A DNA stretch of 63,796 nucleotides, counting the filler, from Collodictyon triciliatum (Eukaryota): NCBI GenBank assembly GCA_043381765.1. It is 7 parts of 7 records of this genome, joined end to end, with 100 filler letters (N's around TTAATTAATTAA, not from the genome) between each part and the next. Parts side by side here need not be neighbours in the genome. Positions count along the whole stretch, not along the records: positions 1 to 10,949 come from JBHJMP010002524.1; positions 11,050 to 21,997 come from JBHJMP010002525.1; positions 22,098 to 33,041 come from JBHJMP010002526.1; positions 33,142 to 44,161 come from JBHJMP010002527.1; 3 more parts are not named here. One strand, 5' to 3'. The stretch's first letter is position 1. Every line of letters starts with the position of its first letter. Of the stretch, positions 1-34,509 are shown piece after piece. A model generated the notes under the pieces. The model made no database searches. It had not been told where the DNA came from and saw only the letters and a program-made list of their open reading frames with translations. A program made the position numbers and the translations under genes.

Positions 1-108
1 AAAAACAAGCACAAAAAACAAGCACAAAAAACAAGCACAAAAAACAAGCACAAAAAACAAGCACAAAAAACAAGCACAAAAAACAAGCACAAAAAACAAG
101 CACAAAAA
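1..108. repeat. 13-bp tandem repeat (AAAAAACAAGCAC)n, about 8 copies
   Basis: Direct reading of the sequence. Confidence 0.95.
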
Positions 109-192
109 AGAAGTCTAAATAACAAAACAAAACAACATAACCCAGTGATTACCTTAAATGCTAAATACTAATTATACCCAACATATGTACAG

Positions 193-1487
193 TACCAACG
201 TTGCTAATCTTTGGAGTTGCAGCTGGTGGATTTTCAGGGTTCTTTTGCATCGGCGTAACATTTAAATCTCAGACACAGGACATATTTTAGTAAAGTCAAA
301 TTGGTCTCTTATTAATTGCAAACCTGTCTCTCTTGCATATCAACATTTATGGAAAAATGAAGATTGCGTGCTATATCATCAAGAAGCGATACCAACTTCG
401 ACAGGCCCAAGTTATATCATCGCAGGCAAGAATATATATACAACTACTGACGTTCGTTACCCTATCTATTACTGATGAGATACACCCCTCAGATGGTTTC
501 ACTGCAAAGGAATTGACAAGATAAAAAAAATACATAAGTATAAAGACAAAGTTCTTAAGACATTTTTGTTTCAAACCCATAAACAGGTACCTGAATCCAG
601 ATTAGCCTTCATAAATGACTTGGAGCAAAAAGTCCTTCAGAATGACGATATTTCAGACCCGTAATGACTATATTTTTTAAAAAAAAAATACACGAATAGA
701 CAATGTTTTGCATAAATAACAATAAAAATAAGAATACCTAATTGTGCCCAAACACCCAAGATGTACTGTATGCTTCGAAGAGTTCAAGAAAGGGAATACA
801 GTCCGAAATCTTCCATGCAGTCATATGTTTCACTCGGCATGTATTGAAAAATGGCTTCTTGTCAGTCGTTTCCTTGCGTGTCCTGTGTGTCGTGACACCC
901 TCACCGGCGCCAACCATTCATCGCGTTAGAAAATCATTGCCTTATTATGACCAGTGTCCTTATTCAATTATCGTCCCAATTATGCCCAATAATACCATCT
1001 CGTGAAATGTCCATATGCACTTGCCTATATTTCCTTTTGTTTTCATTCACTTTGCTATCATATTTCTAATCAAGAAAATACTCACATCACAGCAGCTACC
1101 GAATCTCGAGGCGAAACATCTCGACTCGAACACACCCAAGAAGAACTCGAATCTACGCCACTTCGGATAACCACACTAGTAACTATTCCAGGACAGTTGG
1201 ATGGGTCTTTAGTGGCAGCTAGGGACTCAAATCTGGCAGGGAGCACGTCTCGCATAGTAGATTCTACTTATCGTGCTCCGAATTCGGGTGTAAATGTGGG
1301 TTCTGAAGAGTTTAGATTGACTTCTCCAGTTGCCCCCTTAGGCGAACAAGATGAAAACGTACATAGCTTGGCAGATTCGGAATCTGAAATACAACAAGAT
1401 GGGAATGACCCGGAGCACGTAGGTCAGGGCTTTCCTATTTGCCTACCACCATTACCAAACATGTTAGCCGAAGCGCAGATGGACTAG
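193..1487 (+). CDS. Transmembrane RING-H2 E3 ubiquitin ligase (RNF13/ATL-like), multi-exon, 5'-partial
   Basis: GT-AG exons give a TM helix (PTLLIFGVAAGGFSGFFCIG/IACYIIKKRY), then a RING-H2 motif CTVCFEEF..LPCSHMFHSACIEKWL..CPVC (744-923) and an S/E-rich last exon ending at 1487. Confidence 0.85.
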
Positions 1488-2554
1488 CTCTCTCTTTCTC
1501 GCCTTCTCGCCTTATCTCTTTTATCCTGTCTTTACACATCGCACAGACTTCTCAAATATTTCAATAGTTTTATTAAAAAATTGTGAAGGTACAAATTTCG
1601 CTGATTATACATTACCGCTTTATCATTATTGTTATTCGATTATTTGTTTGTTGTTTACTTTTAAAATGCGTAAGCGAATACCATTTTTCACTTCCCCTTT
1701 TCATATCACTCCCCTTGGATAAATTTCAAAAAGCTATCTGCATTCGATGCTTGGCTGTATGAAAGGGGCTAATTCAAAATGTATGATTATTGTCATTTGT
1801 TATTATTTTTGAAGAAAAGGAAATCAAATTAAAAGTGAAATGAATGAAAAAAAAATGAAAAAAGAACGAATTAGATTATTATTGTTGGGATGCCCGGGAG
1901 GTTTCTTGGTGGTGAACCTGATATCCTTACACACCTGATGGTCACTCAATACACAGGAATCCTTGTCACTTATGAACATTACTGATTCATCTTCAAGAAG
2001 GAAAAAAATCAACAGCTTTCGCTTAAATATTCCAAGTAATGACAGGCGTACAGCGCGGAAGTAATGGCCGAATCAGATGCATTTTTTTTCGAGATGTTAT
2101 GCGCGGGGTGACTTTCTTTTTTCTTTTGGGACATCACAAAACTAAAAAAAAATAAAATAATTCGAAAAGCAGAAATCACCAAGCGACACACCCCTTTATA
2201 CTTATATTTTTTTGATCAACCAATCGATAGCGTCGAAATATTCATCAATACAACAAGAAACGAAAACCACATATTTATACACCTTTTTTTTTCTCTTCTA
2301 AATCGCCTCATAAATATAGCTGTGGGTGAATTAAATCTCCGACCATTTAGAGAATTAGTGTAAATTGGTATAGAAATCAAATTCTTGAATATACAAACTA
2401 CCTCAATCACGAGCATAAAGAAAAAGCTTCCGGTTTCTTTTTTTTTTTTTGAAACGACCTTTTCTATATCATTTTAATCATATATACTTTCCAAATTCCC
2501 CTTGCCAGTGTCTCTCAGATTCTCAATGCGAAGAGATGTACGGGTCGGTAGTGT

Positions 2555-4867
<2,313 letters not shown>

Positions 4868-5792
4868 TCAAATGGATGGCTTGTCCCTCCTAAGGCGTTT
4901 CCTGAGGTAGCTGTCAAACTAAGGTCGTGTCTCGTTTGTTTTCGTATTTTGTTTCTTCGTTTTATTCACCTTTTTCTTCTCCTTTTTGCTATCTTTTTTT
5001 CTTTTTCTTTTGTCCATACATTTTTGTTATTATTTTGAGGAAAGGGGAAAGAGGCATAGATTAGACTCGTGAGCGGATTAAAAGTAAGGGTTAGGGTCTT
5101 GATCTTTGTTGCAGAAAAAGCCGTTTGCCTGTCAGCACACCCCGCCCATACATCAAACAGAGATGGCTGGAGAGNNNNNNNNNNNNNNNNNNNNNNNNNN
5201 NNNNNNNNNNNNNNNNNNNNNNNNNNNNNNNNNNNNNNNNNNNNNNNNNNNNNNNNNNNNNNNNNNNNNNNNNNNNNNNNNNNNNNNNNNNNNNNNNNNN
5301 NNNNNNNNNNNNNNNNNNNNNNNNNNNNNNNNNNNNNNNNNNNNNNNNNNNNNNNNNNNNNNNNNNNNNNNNNNNNNNNNNNNNNNNNNNNNNNNNNNNN
5401 NNNNNNNNNNNNNNNNNNNNNNNNNNNNNNNNNNNNNNNNNNNNNNNNNNNNNNNNNNNNNNNNNNNNNNNNNNNNNNNNNNNNNNNNNNNNNNNNNNNN
5501 NNNNNNNNNNNNNNNNNNNNNNNNNNNNNNNNNNNNNNNNNNNNNNNNNNNNNNNNNNNNNNNNNNNNNNNNNNNNNNNNNNNNNNNNNNNNNNNNNNNN
5601 NNNNNNNNNNNNNNNNNNNNNNNNNNNNNNNNNNNNNNNNNNNNNNNNNNNNNNNNNNNNNNNNNNNNNNNNNNNNNNNNNNNNTTTCATTTTTATTTAT
5701 TTATTGTTTCATCACACAAACCATCCACCATCATACGCCACCAACACAGACAGCCCAAACCCTCCGATACGAGAACCGCCAGAGCAATGGCC

Positions 5793-6407
5793 TCAGTACT
5801 TTTCAAACGAGTGTGAATGCGGCTTATGGCCTGAGTAACCCACGATGGGAGGCTGAGTCACCACTGCGGGCTGAGGTGCGTGGGCCGCGTAAGTCTGCTG
5901 CTGTTGCACTTGAGACTGGCGAAGGGAAAGCCTGGAGGGCGAAACAGTTCCTCCGGCCGAGCGCGCAAAGCTCCCGTACGCAGCATTTGATGTTTCGTGG
6001 GGCTGATGAGTCTGAGACTGTGTCCCGGAAAAAGTGTGCGGCTGTGAAGTTTGTGCGGTTGCGAAGGCTTCCTGGTCATGCTTGGCGCGCTGTTGACGGT
6101 ACGAGGCATTCATTTGCGAAAAGACTAGCGGGTCCGGCGCGTCGGTTGCGTGGCGGTGCAGGTGGAACTGAGTTCTTTGCTGAGGTGGCGCAAAGTCTGC
6201 TTCCGCGCTGGGAGGCTGGACGCCTGACAAGCGGGTTAGTCAAGTGCGTAAGTCTTTCGTGAATGTCATTATCGCAGTGTTAGGCTGTGTGTTTCTTATC
6301 CACAAACCAACGTGCCCCTTGAGAAACTCGTCATCGCGGAGGATGTAAGTGTCGCGGCCTGTGTTGTCCTGGCGGTAGTTGTGTGTCTTGCCGGTTTCGA
6401 AGCCCAT
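5793..6407 (-). CDS. Small two-exon Q/S/T-rich protein, possible axonemal microtubule inner protein
   Basis: ATG 6407 (MGFETGKTHNYRQDNTGRDTYILRDD), one intron GTTTGT...ACTAAC...CAG (about 6307-6224), then an in-frame exon ending PPIVGYSGHKPHSHSFEKY*. The function is inferred from short motifs only. Confidence 0.6.
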
Positions 6408-6983
6408 GGGATCTGCTCTAAGCTTACCTCTTGTGTCTAGTAATATTGAAGGAAAAGTGATTAAAAAAATGTAAAGAGAATATGTCTGGGTTGGGTGTGA
6501 TCGAACAAGCTGGACCAAAAGCGACGTGCCTCCAAGAACATGATTATTGGTATTGGGCAGCACAAAGTGTTGACTCCGGTAGACTTTAGTGGGTCTTCTT
6601 ATAGGGCCACGAAACTCGTCTTTGCTCTTGAGAACTTTCTTTTTGTTTATTCTTGACTTGATTCAATCTTTTTAACTTTGCTTTGTTTTCGCGGTTCGGT
6701 ACTCGGCTTGGGTAAACTTTGAATTATTTTTTTTATTTTATTTTTTTATTGGTTTTGCTTGGTTTGCATGATTGGGAAAGATGGAATAAAGTAAACAAGG
6801 ACTACAAAAAAAGGTTTGTTATCAATTTTAAGAGAAAAGACAAAAGAAAGTGACAGGATGGAAAATTGTAGTGAATACAGTCAATAAAAGAGGACAGATT
6901 CTCATGTCTGGCAGTGAACAAGGAATGTACCACCCAGCGGGAAAAGCTTTGCGGTTTGTGTCTTTGGATTGCCCATCTCCATT

Positions 6984-9353
6984 TCATACCATTGAATCTG
7001 GCTGACGAAGTTGTTCCTGTCTCTCTAATATTTCTCGGAACAAGGTGCTATCGAGAGGCACTCTGTAAAAGTTTTGGCATATGGTGACAGTGTTCATCGG
7101 AAACGCTATACACATGATTAGGCGACGCACCAAAAAGACAATCAGGTTAATTAAGGAGGATTGGAGCAATCCATAGTTGCTGAAAGTGCCAAACCGAGTT
7201 TCGAACACGCGAATACGCGAGCCCCACATTAAATCCAGTTTGATTGTAGTATATATAAAAAGTATGGACGCAATTTCGATTACCAGTAGTAATATACGGG
7301 AAAGCTTCAATGGTGGGAGGATGTAAAGGCTTTCTAACCACAAGTAAAAGCTTTGCGTAAACTTTAAGCTTCTCATGGAGTGAAGGACATCCGGGTCCTT
7401 TTGTGATGAAGATGTTGAAGCAACTGGGTTGGAAAGAACTGTGTTGATAGCGTCTAATATTTTTGCATTTTTCAGACGCATCCTATCAAGTATAAGGGCA
7501 CACTGGTGAAGGGAAAAGTGAGTCAGCTTCAATATGGAGGATTGCACTGCATTACGTAGTTTAGAATCAAAGTGAGCGAATGATATTGGGAGGGCATCCA
7601 TAAAAACAGCAAGAAAACAACCAAACGACAGAATAGGCAAGCCAACGTATACTCGGGTGCCACTCATGTTTGCATAATCAAAAAGGGCCAAGGAACAAAG
7701 CACTAGGTTGCATAACAAATACATATTCTCAAAGGATTTTACACACATCCAGAGACTTTCGATCGATACCAGAGAAAAGTGTAAAAAAAGGTTGGCGAAT
7801 GATACAACGGATAGGCTCAACGTGAGCATCTCAATCCATGTCTCATAAATTGTAATTGATGACAGGAGCATAGGTAACATCAAAAACCAAAACAAACCAG
7901 AGTAGAAATATATTTTTGTGATGTACCGAGTTACTATTTTCGGTAACTCTGGAAACCACATAGTGAATGCAAAAGAGAAGTTTAGGAGATAATGGTCTTC
8001 GGGCAAGGAAAATAAAATAAAGAATTTGTTTTTCTCTACTTTTTCCAAACTTAAAACAATCTTACGGCTTTGCATATATTTGTTTTGTGTTTCAATCCAA
8101 CCAAGAATTTGATCAAGGGGGACTGTTTTTCTGGTGGAAAAAATCATATCTCTTCCAAATTTTGGAAGAACTACCTCCGCAGACGGCAAGTTAGGTGCAG
8201 CCTGAGGTTGTGATGGAGATGGCGAAACACCTCGATCCACCCTATTCATATTTTGTGGTAAAATGCTGGAAAAGTGCATCTCCAGAGACCTTATCATATC
8301 GAGAGGTGATTGGGATATTTGTGCCAGTGGAGTGCTCCAAGATTCGACCATAGGAATCATCGTCATCTTCTTTCGATAGCAAAAAACGTTCGTAGGGTCC
8401 TTGAGAAGATTCCATAGTCTCCGTATAGTAAAAACAAGAATGTTTAGTGAGCAAAGGCGAAATAGGTCCAGCATGCTCATATCAAATATGGGCATGGAAA
8501 AATTCGTGTTGTCTATTTCTTTGAACAATCCAAGCTGAATGCATAACAAATTAATGAGGGTCACTAATATGCTCAAGAATATTGGCAATATGACCCTGAA
8601 CCAAGAAGTATGATTACTGATGTAATGAATGTGCATCAAAAGGGCACCAGTGAATCCACCACGCCTCGGATACGTCCATTTTAATTTTCTCTCAGCCATG
8701 ACTTTGTGAAAAACATCGAAGCTGATGTAGTAATTGCGCTTTCGATCAATAACTGCACTCTGGGGTGCGAGATTATCCGATGTGGTTGAAGAAGTAAGCC
8801 CAGGAGACGATTCCATCATATCCTTTGTATTCGTTGAGCTCCTGGGAAGCCTTGCCGCATCGAGGAAGATAATGTTGCAGCATGAAAAAAGATAGAAAGG
8901 ATTCGACAAGCAAGCAATTCTATCCCACCGAAAGAGAGAAGAGAGAGCCCAACAGCTGGCAACAATGTTTGACAAAAGGAAAGCGAGCTCGAAGTTCATC
9001 AGAGAGACAACCAACGAGTCGCGTTGAAGGACCAAGACCATTCCAATTTGATACAAAGTCCCTAAACATGCCAATGATGTGTAAAGTATATCGTTGGGGT
9101 GGTAGATATCCGACCTTTTCAGGAAGTAGAGGGTTGTTGTGGTGGCGGCAGTGACAACGCCGAGTGCAGAAAATCGCAGAAGTAGTAGGGTTATGAGGCG
9201 GGAAATCCTGTCCCCAAAAATCCATTTTGCTAAGGTTTCGCGTTGATCCAGGAGCACTACCCCTTCTGATCCGTGGAGTAAGATCAAGCGTTTTTCCTCT
9301 CCTCGGTGGATGTCATCAGAGGCACCGAAGGCGAATATGGGGTCACGGATCAT
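6984..9353 (-). CDS. Intronless 789-aa multi-pass membrane protein of unknown function with a two-fold internal repeat
   Basis: Long uninterrupted ORF with many hydrophobic segments and paired motifs in each half. Confidence 0.85.
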   Translation of the reverse strand: MIRDPIFAFGASDDIHRGEEKRLILLHGSEGVVLLDQRETLAKWIFGDRISRLITLLLLRFSALGVVTAATTTTLYFLKRSDIYHPNDILYTSLACLGTLYQIGMVLVLQRDSLVVSLMNFELAFLLSNIVASCWALSSLFRWDRIACLSNPFYLFSCCNIIFLDAARLPRSSTNTKDMMESSPGLTSSTTSDNLAPQSAVIDRKRNYYISFDVFHKVMAERKLKWTYPRRGGFTGALLMHIHYISNHTSWFRVILPIFLSILVTLINLLCIQLGLFKEIDNTNFSMPIFDMSMLDLFRLCSLNILVFTIRRLWNLLKDPTNVFCYRKKMTMIPMVESWSTPLAQISQSPLDMIRSLEMHFSSILPQNMNRVDRGVSPSPSQPQAAPNLPSAEVVLPKFGRDMIFSTRKTVPLDQILGWIETQNKYMQSRKIVLSLEKVEKNKFFILFSLPEDHYLLNFSFAFTMWFPELPKIVTRYITKIYFYSGLFWFLMLPMLLSSITIYETWIEMLTLSLSVVSFANLFLHFSLVSIESLWMCVKSFENMYLLCNLVLCSLALFDYANMSGTRVYVGLPILSFGCFLAVFMDALPISFAHFDSKLRNAVQSSILKLTHFSLHQCALILDRMRLKNAKILDAINTVLSNPVASTSSSQKDPDVLHSMRSLKFTQSFYLWLESLYILPPLKLSRILLLVIEIASILFIYTTIKLDLMWGSRIRVFETRFGTFSNYGLLQSSLINLIVFLVRRLIMCIAFPMNTVTICQNFYRVPLDSTLFREILERQEQLRQPDSMV

Positions 9354-9577
9354 GTGAATCGTCCAACCGCAGGCTTTTCCAGGGCGAAGTGATCGATTTC
9401 CTGTTCTAAATGTGCAGCTTAGCCAGGTGGCTGGTGAGGTAGGAGGCGAAAGGAATGCTGGTATTAGCGTGCCCTGGTTTCTTGGACATGAAATATGTGA
9501 AATATGTTCGCCTCTTGGTTTTGTTGCCTCTGCCGCTTTTTATACGTATATGTATATATATCTATAATTATTTTTTT

Positions 9578-9665
9578 TTAAAGAAAAGAAAAGAAAAGAA
9601 AAGAAAAGAAAAGAAAAGAAAAGAAAAGAAAAGAAAAGAAAAGAAAAGAAAAGAAAAGAAAAGAA

Positions 9666-9753
<88 letters not shown>

Positions 9754-9786
9754 AAAGAAAGAACGAAAGAAAGAAAAGAAAGAAAG
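9578..9786. repeat. (AAAAG)n/(AAAG)n microsatellite
   Basis: Direct reading. Confidence 0.95.
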
Positions 9787-10847
9787 GGAAGGTATAAAGA
9801 GGACGATGCATGCCTTTACAGCTGTGTTTGACTGTCTACGCTGCTCTACGCCGTCACACAATGCTGGCAGTGGGCACACATTCCGTCCAAAGGGTTGCTT
9901 ATGTGCTCGTTGCTATTTGACAGAGTGGCCGGAATGAGTGCCGTTTGGCCATTCCCAAATAGACTATTCTGGAATTAGAGTGCTGTCAGGTTGTTTTTGT
10001 CTTGCTCTTGTCTTTTGTCGTTTGATGCGAAACACAAAGTGTGAGGGAGGTAGGCAAACCCATCTGGCTGGCTTTCTTCATGCCTCCAATGTTCTATGTG
10101 CGAGTCCAACTTTCTTCAACGTTTATGTATTCCTCAAGGGGCGTTGTCGCTCCACACACTGCTTCTATCCTCCCAATTATCAGAACAGATTAACACATCG
10201 AAGATATCACCCATGGAACAGACATGTGAATGTGTAAACCTCGTAATTGAAAATAAATGTATTGCACTCAACTTCAACTACTAAAAGAAAAATGTAGAAA
10301 AAAAAAAACAAGACACATTCTAAGCAGCATCGGGTCAGAAATTCATGTAAGTTGAGCCATTTTCAGGCAAAAAAAAAAAGTCAAACCAAAATACTACCAC
10401 ACACACTACAATTCAAATTATTGAATAAATGGGGGGACATGATAATATTAGACCCACGATTACATACCCTTCGGAGGAATATTGTAAAATTTACTTAACC
10501 GAAAAAAAATCATTCAAGTCACAAAACATACACTCATTCAGCATTTTTTTCCCCATTTATAGTTCAGTTATTTACTTGAATGGCCCATATTATCAGAGCC
10601 CTCATCCAAGGCATCAGAAATAGAGTATCCTTCGATGACTTCCTTCAGTTTATACAAGGACGGCTGCATTTTTTTTAACGTCTCACGGGAGTGAATAAAG
10701 CTCTAGCATAAAGCAGTTAGAAAATCAAATTTTTGTAGGCTATTTCAAAGTATCATAAATATTGTGTTGTGGACTCTGTGCTCTCACAAATTACACAATG
10801 CCGTTCGTACAAACGAACGTAAAAGAAAGTGAAAATACTCAATAATA

Positions 10848-10865
10848 TGGATGGATGGATGGATG

Positions 10866-10949
<84 letters not shown>
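10848..10949. repeat. (GGAT)n/(AGAT)n microsatellite at a contig end
   Basis: Direct reading. Confidence 0.95.
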
Positions 10950-11049
10950 NNNNNNNNNNNNNNNNNNNNNNNNNNNNNNNNNNNNNNNNNNNNTTAATTA
11001 ATTAANNNNNNNNNNNNNNNNNNNNNNNNNNNNNNNNNNNNNNNNNNNN
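10950..11049. other. Artificial scaffold spacer N44-TTAATTAATTAA-N44
   Basis: A 12-mer with stop codons in all six frames (10994-11005), centred in a 100-bp N block. The identical spacer occurs six times in the window. Confidence 0.97.
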
Positions 11050-11050
11050 T

Positions 11051-11149
<99 letters not shown>

Positions 11150-11251
11150 AATTCATTTGATGCGACTAATCGATGCAGAGAGGATAATAACATGCCCACT
11201 ATATTTATGCGGCCCCTTGATTGTTTATTAATTGGAAACCAATTTTTCCAG

Positions 11252-12800
<1,549 letters not shown>

Positions 12801-13298
12801 ACAGGCTCCGACACACGAAACTGCACAACTGTGAGTCTCTCAAGTTCGAAGCGGAATAAAATGAACGGAACGAAATGGAAAGGAGAGGAGAGGAAACGAA
12901 AGAAAAGGCAATCATTTATGCTCCCGAAGAACGCGCGGCATTCAAAGGACGTGATAGTGGTTTCAGAAATCCAGACAACATCGTCCCAAAGATAAACAGA
13001 GCGCTCTTAGCCCAAACACTGCAGCAATTCTGACTAATCATACTTGCTCACATAACAGAACGCAGTTACAATATCAGGTTGTGTATCAAACACTAATATT
13101 GGTTTTAATTCTCTTTTTTCTTTTTTCCTTTTTATTTCATTTTTCGGCTTTTTTTTTTTTGGATGAAAATGTAATAGAATAGAAATTAATAAGTGTGTGA
13201 TGGATGAAAGATAGAGTCGCAAAATAGAGGGGAAAAAAAAAGAAAAAAAAAGGTAGTGATAACCCAACTGAATTATGCGTGCATAATATGATGCCTTC

Positions 13299-21776
<8,478 letters not shown>

Positions 21777-21997
21777 ATTTTCGTTCTCTTTATCGGCACC
21801 CTTGCAGTAATCCTTATCGCTCTCTTCTCTTTTCTTTTTATTCTTTAATTCTTTTATTCTTTTATTCTTTCATTCTTTCTCTTTTTCTCTCTCTCTCCCT
21901 TTTTTTTCTCTCTCTCTCTCTTTTTTTTTTCTCTCTCTCTTTTTTCTCTCTCTTTTTTTTTTTTCTTTTTTCTCTCTTTTTTTTCTCTCTTTTTTTT

Positions 21998-22097
21998 NNN
22001 NNNNNNNNNNNNNNNNNNNNNNNNNNNNNNNNNNNNNNNNNTTAATTAATTAANNNNNNNNNNNNNNNNNNNNNNNNNNNNNNNNNNNNNNNNNNNN
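21998..22097. other. Artificial scaffold spacer
   Basis: TTAATTAATTAA at 22042-22053 within Ns. Confidence 0.97.
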
Positions 22098-22694
22098 AAT
22101 TCCAGACAAACAACGATGTATCGCTTTTTGTCTGAGTCGCCCAGCAAGAAACGCAAGGAAAGTGACCCGTTGTCCCCTCAAAAGACTCATCCTGTGAAAT
22201 GAAATAGGATGTAAACCTTGTCTGAGATAGACGGTTGAAAGGACTCGTCGGAATCGGTTTGATAAGAAACTGCCATGTGCGTACTTTCATCGACCCGACA
22301 ACTTTATCCGCTCTTCTATCAGTCTCGAACACAACCAGAAATCGCGTTGGAGCTGATTCACCTCGGGTAGAATAGTCTGCGTGTTATTACACTTTCTCCT
22401 TTCTCGTTTCTTTTCTTTTCATTCATTTCTTTTCACCCAAAACACAAAAACTCCAACCACACAATTCGAGGTTTTCCACTTTCTTGTCCGCAGCTCATTT
22501 TTGTCCTTGATGGCAAAGGCGGTCTCCTCGGCTTTGTACTCTCTCAATAAACTGTTAAAATTACTAAATAGCATATTGACTTCATTTTTCAGATCACTTT
22601 TATTAAAAGAAGGAATTAAGCGTCATTCAGAGCGCTGAGCTCAAGAAACATAGAACACTTAAGTTCTCAGAGATGACTAATATATCTTTTACAT

Positions 22695-32295
<9,601 letters not shown>

Positions 32296-32908
32296 TCGTG
32301 CTGGTTACAAGCGGACTTGAGTTTCTGGGTGCGCTTGGCTGTTTGACGACGCGAGCAGATCGATCAAGAACATCCTCTGACTATGTATACACATCTGGAA
32401 AATATATTTAATGCGATTATAATGACTTCTATGATTGACTAATTTTTTATATAGAGTACCAAAAATCATATGATATCCATATGATAATTATTGTAATGGT
32501 GACTTTGCTCTTTGAGTTTGCGGTTGTACTCTTCAGCTGTCTTGCAAAAATACTTAAAGTGGAAATAAGCTTTTGCCATATTTGTACTCGCATCATTTTC
32601 GAATATGCCATGTCACAAACGGATCAGGCGCACCAACCAAAACGAAAGAATGAGCTGCTTGTCGTAAAGTCACAGATCACTGGCACTCAACAATCTCCAG
32701 CCCCAGAAGGGCCTACAGAAGCTCATGCAACCAGGGCTTAAAGAGAAAGAACCATGGATATGAAAGAAAATTGTGCACGCACAACTACAAGTGCCACACC
32801 AACAGCTCTTGTTTTCTTTGAATCGTCCGCTATTACGGCCGAACTCTTGTTTTATTTTAAATAAATAAATATATATATTCAGCACACAAAAGGAAGCGAT
32901 CCCAGGAG

Positions 32909-33041
32909 ATGAGCGACCAGAAGACGGTCATTCCACATTCCGATGAGGAGGAAGAGCGATCGCCCCAGACACCCGGGTCGTTGAGGATGTTGGATGAATT
33001 CCGCGAGTGGACTTCGAAAAGAACATATGCTTTTGTCCACG
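32909..33041 (+). CDS. Possible 5' end of an unidentified gene, truncated by the contig end
   Basis: GC-richer ORF MSDQKTVIPHSDEEEERSPQTPGSLRMLDEFREW, open to the gap and divergent from the neighbouring gene. Confidence 0.35.
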
Positions 33042-33141
33042 NNNNNNNNNNNNNNNNNNNNNNNNNNNNNNNNNNNNNNNNNNNNTTAATTAATTAANNN
33101 NNNNNNNNNNNNNNNNNNNNNNNNNNNNNNNNNNNNNNNNN
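33042..33141. other. Artificial scaffold spacer
   Basis: TTAATTAATTAA at 33086-33097. Confidence 0.97.
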
Positions 33142-33258
33142 ATACATACATACATACATACATACATACATACATACATACATACATACATACATACATA
33201 CATACATACATACATACATACATACATACATACATACATACATACATACATACATACA
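33142..33258. repeat. (ATAC)n microsatellite
   Basis: Direct reading. Confidence 0.95.
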
Positions 33259-34509
33259 CAGCAGAAAACACATAATGATAAACAATTGCATTTTTTTGGA
33301 AATATAAGCATATGTTAAATAAACAATAAATGGAGGAGTAAAAATAAATTGAATATAACTATTAAACGACAAAACAAGACCACGTCAAGACTTATGTCAA
33401 TATTTAGCAAAGTGCAAATTACCAGCATATTTTCATGAATGACTTCAGTGTCACGAAATAACTTAATTTGACACAAATATAAATACATTTTTTCATTATT
33501 TAGCTCATAGAGTTGTCTATTTTATGCTTTTCCTTAACAGCTTATCTAGTTTCTTGACATTATTCATTACTCAGACCCTGTGAGAAGAGACGTGTTGAAT
33601 GGGGCTGAGAAAGAAAATAAACATCGCTTTACCTCTCATGCAGGCACAAGACACAGGCTACAGACCAAACCGTGAGATGCAATTCTTGATTACCAACTTC
33701 TCCACCAATCGGGCGTGAATGAGCGTCTTTATGAACGAAAGTTAGAAAACATAAGATAAAAACTCCACCACCTTGCAGAAATAGAAAAATAAAATAAGTT
33801 AAGATGATGGCAAACAGAGAACCTTGCATGCAGGCACATCGTAAATCGTTCCATCTCGTATCCAAGAAGCCCGCTAATGTATGAATCATTACAAACGAGC
33901 AGCGCTACCAACAAATGGAAATTTGGAGTTCAAATAATGTTTTTTTTTTCCATTTTGCATGTTTTTATTTTTTATTTTTTTCGATTTCTTCTACATGGCG
34001 TTGCACCAGTAGCATCTGTACACACAGTTTTTATTCAATCCTGGTTCAATCGCCTTGCTATGCAGCATCGTTGTGGTGATAAGCATGTTTGAGTGAGGGA
34101 ATATTATCGCCTCGGTTGTCATTCATTTGTCGTGAATTTCAATAAGTGAGCTTCTGCAGTCATGGACATTCCTTTATTTGCCGCTTTCTTTTTTTATGGC
34201 AATTTTTTCAGATTTATATCGTAGCTGGGCTTTTGTATGCTTGTGATTTGATATCATCGTATACGAGTATGCCACGAGTTTTGTATAATTCATATGTCAA
34301 CTACATCAAACATAGTGTATTCAGTGGCAGCATATAATAAAAATTCATACCCAAGTTGAGAAAAATGTGTGAAGACCAACGCGATAATCCAAGCACAGCT
34401 GGTATGTGACCTGTGGGCGAGTAGAATGACTCCTGTGGTTTAGATGGTCGCTCTTTGACAATAAACATACTAATAATGAGACAAGGAAGGAGCGACGCTT
34501 TTTTGCTTA

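Noticed and set aside
1-108. 13-bp array as a CRISPR array or telomere
   Set aside because: Head-to-tail identical units with no spacers, probably intronic to the RING gene; not a recognised telomeric repeat.
10994-11005. TTAATTAATTAA recurring about every 11 kb as a biological periodic motif
   Set aside because: It is always embedded in exactly 44+44 Ns and is a six-frame stop linker added during assembly.
33840-33880. LDTRWND on the minus strand as a hAT transposase TRWNS motif
   Set aside because: A single short motif with no other hAT signature or terminal repeat nearby.
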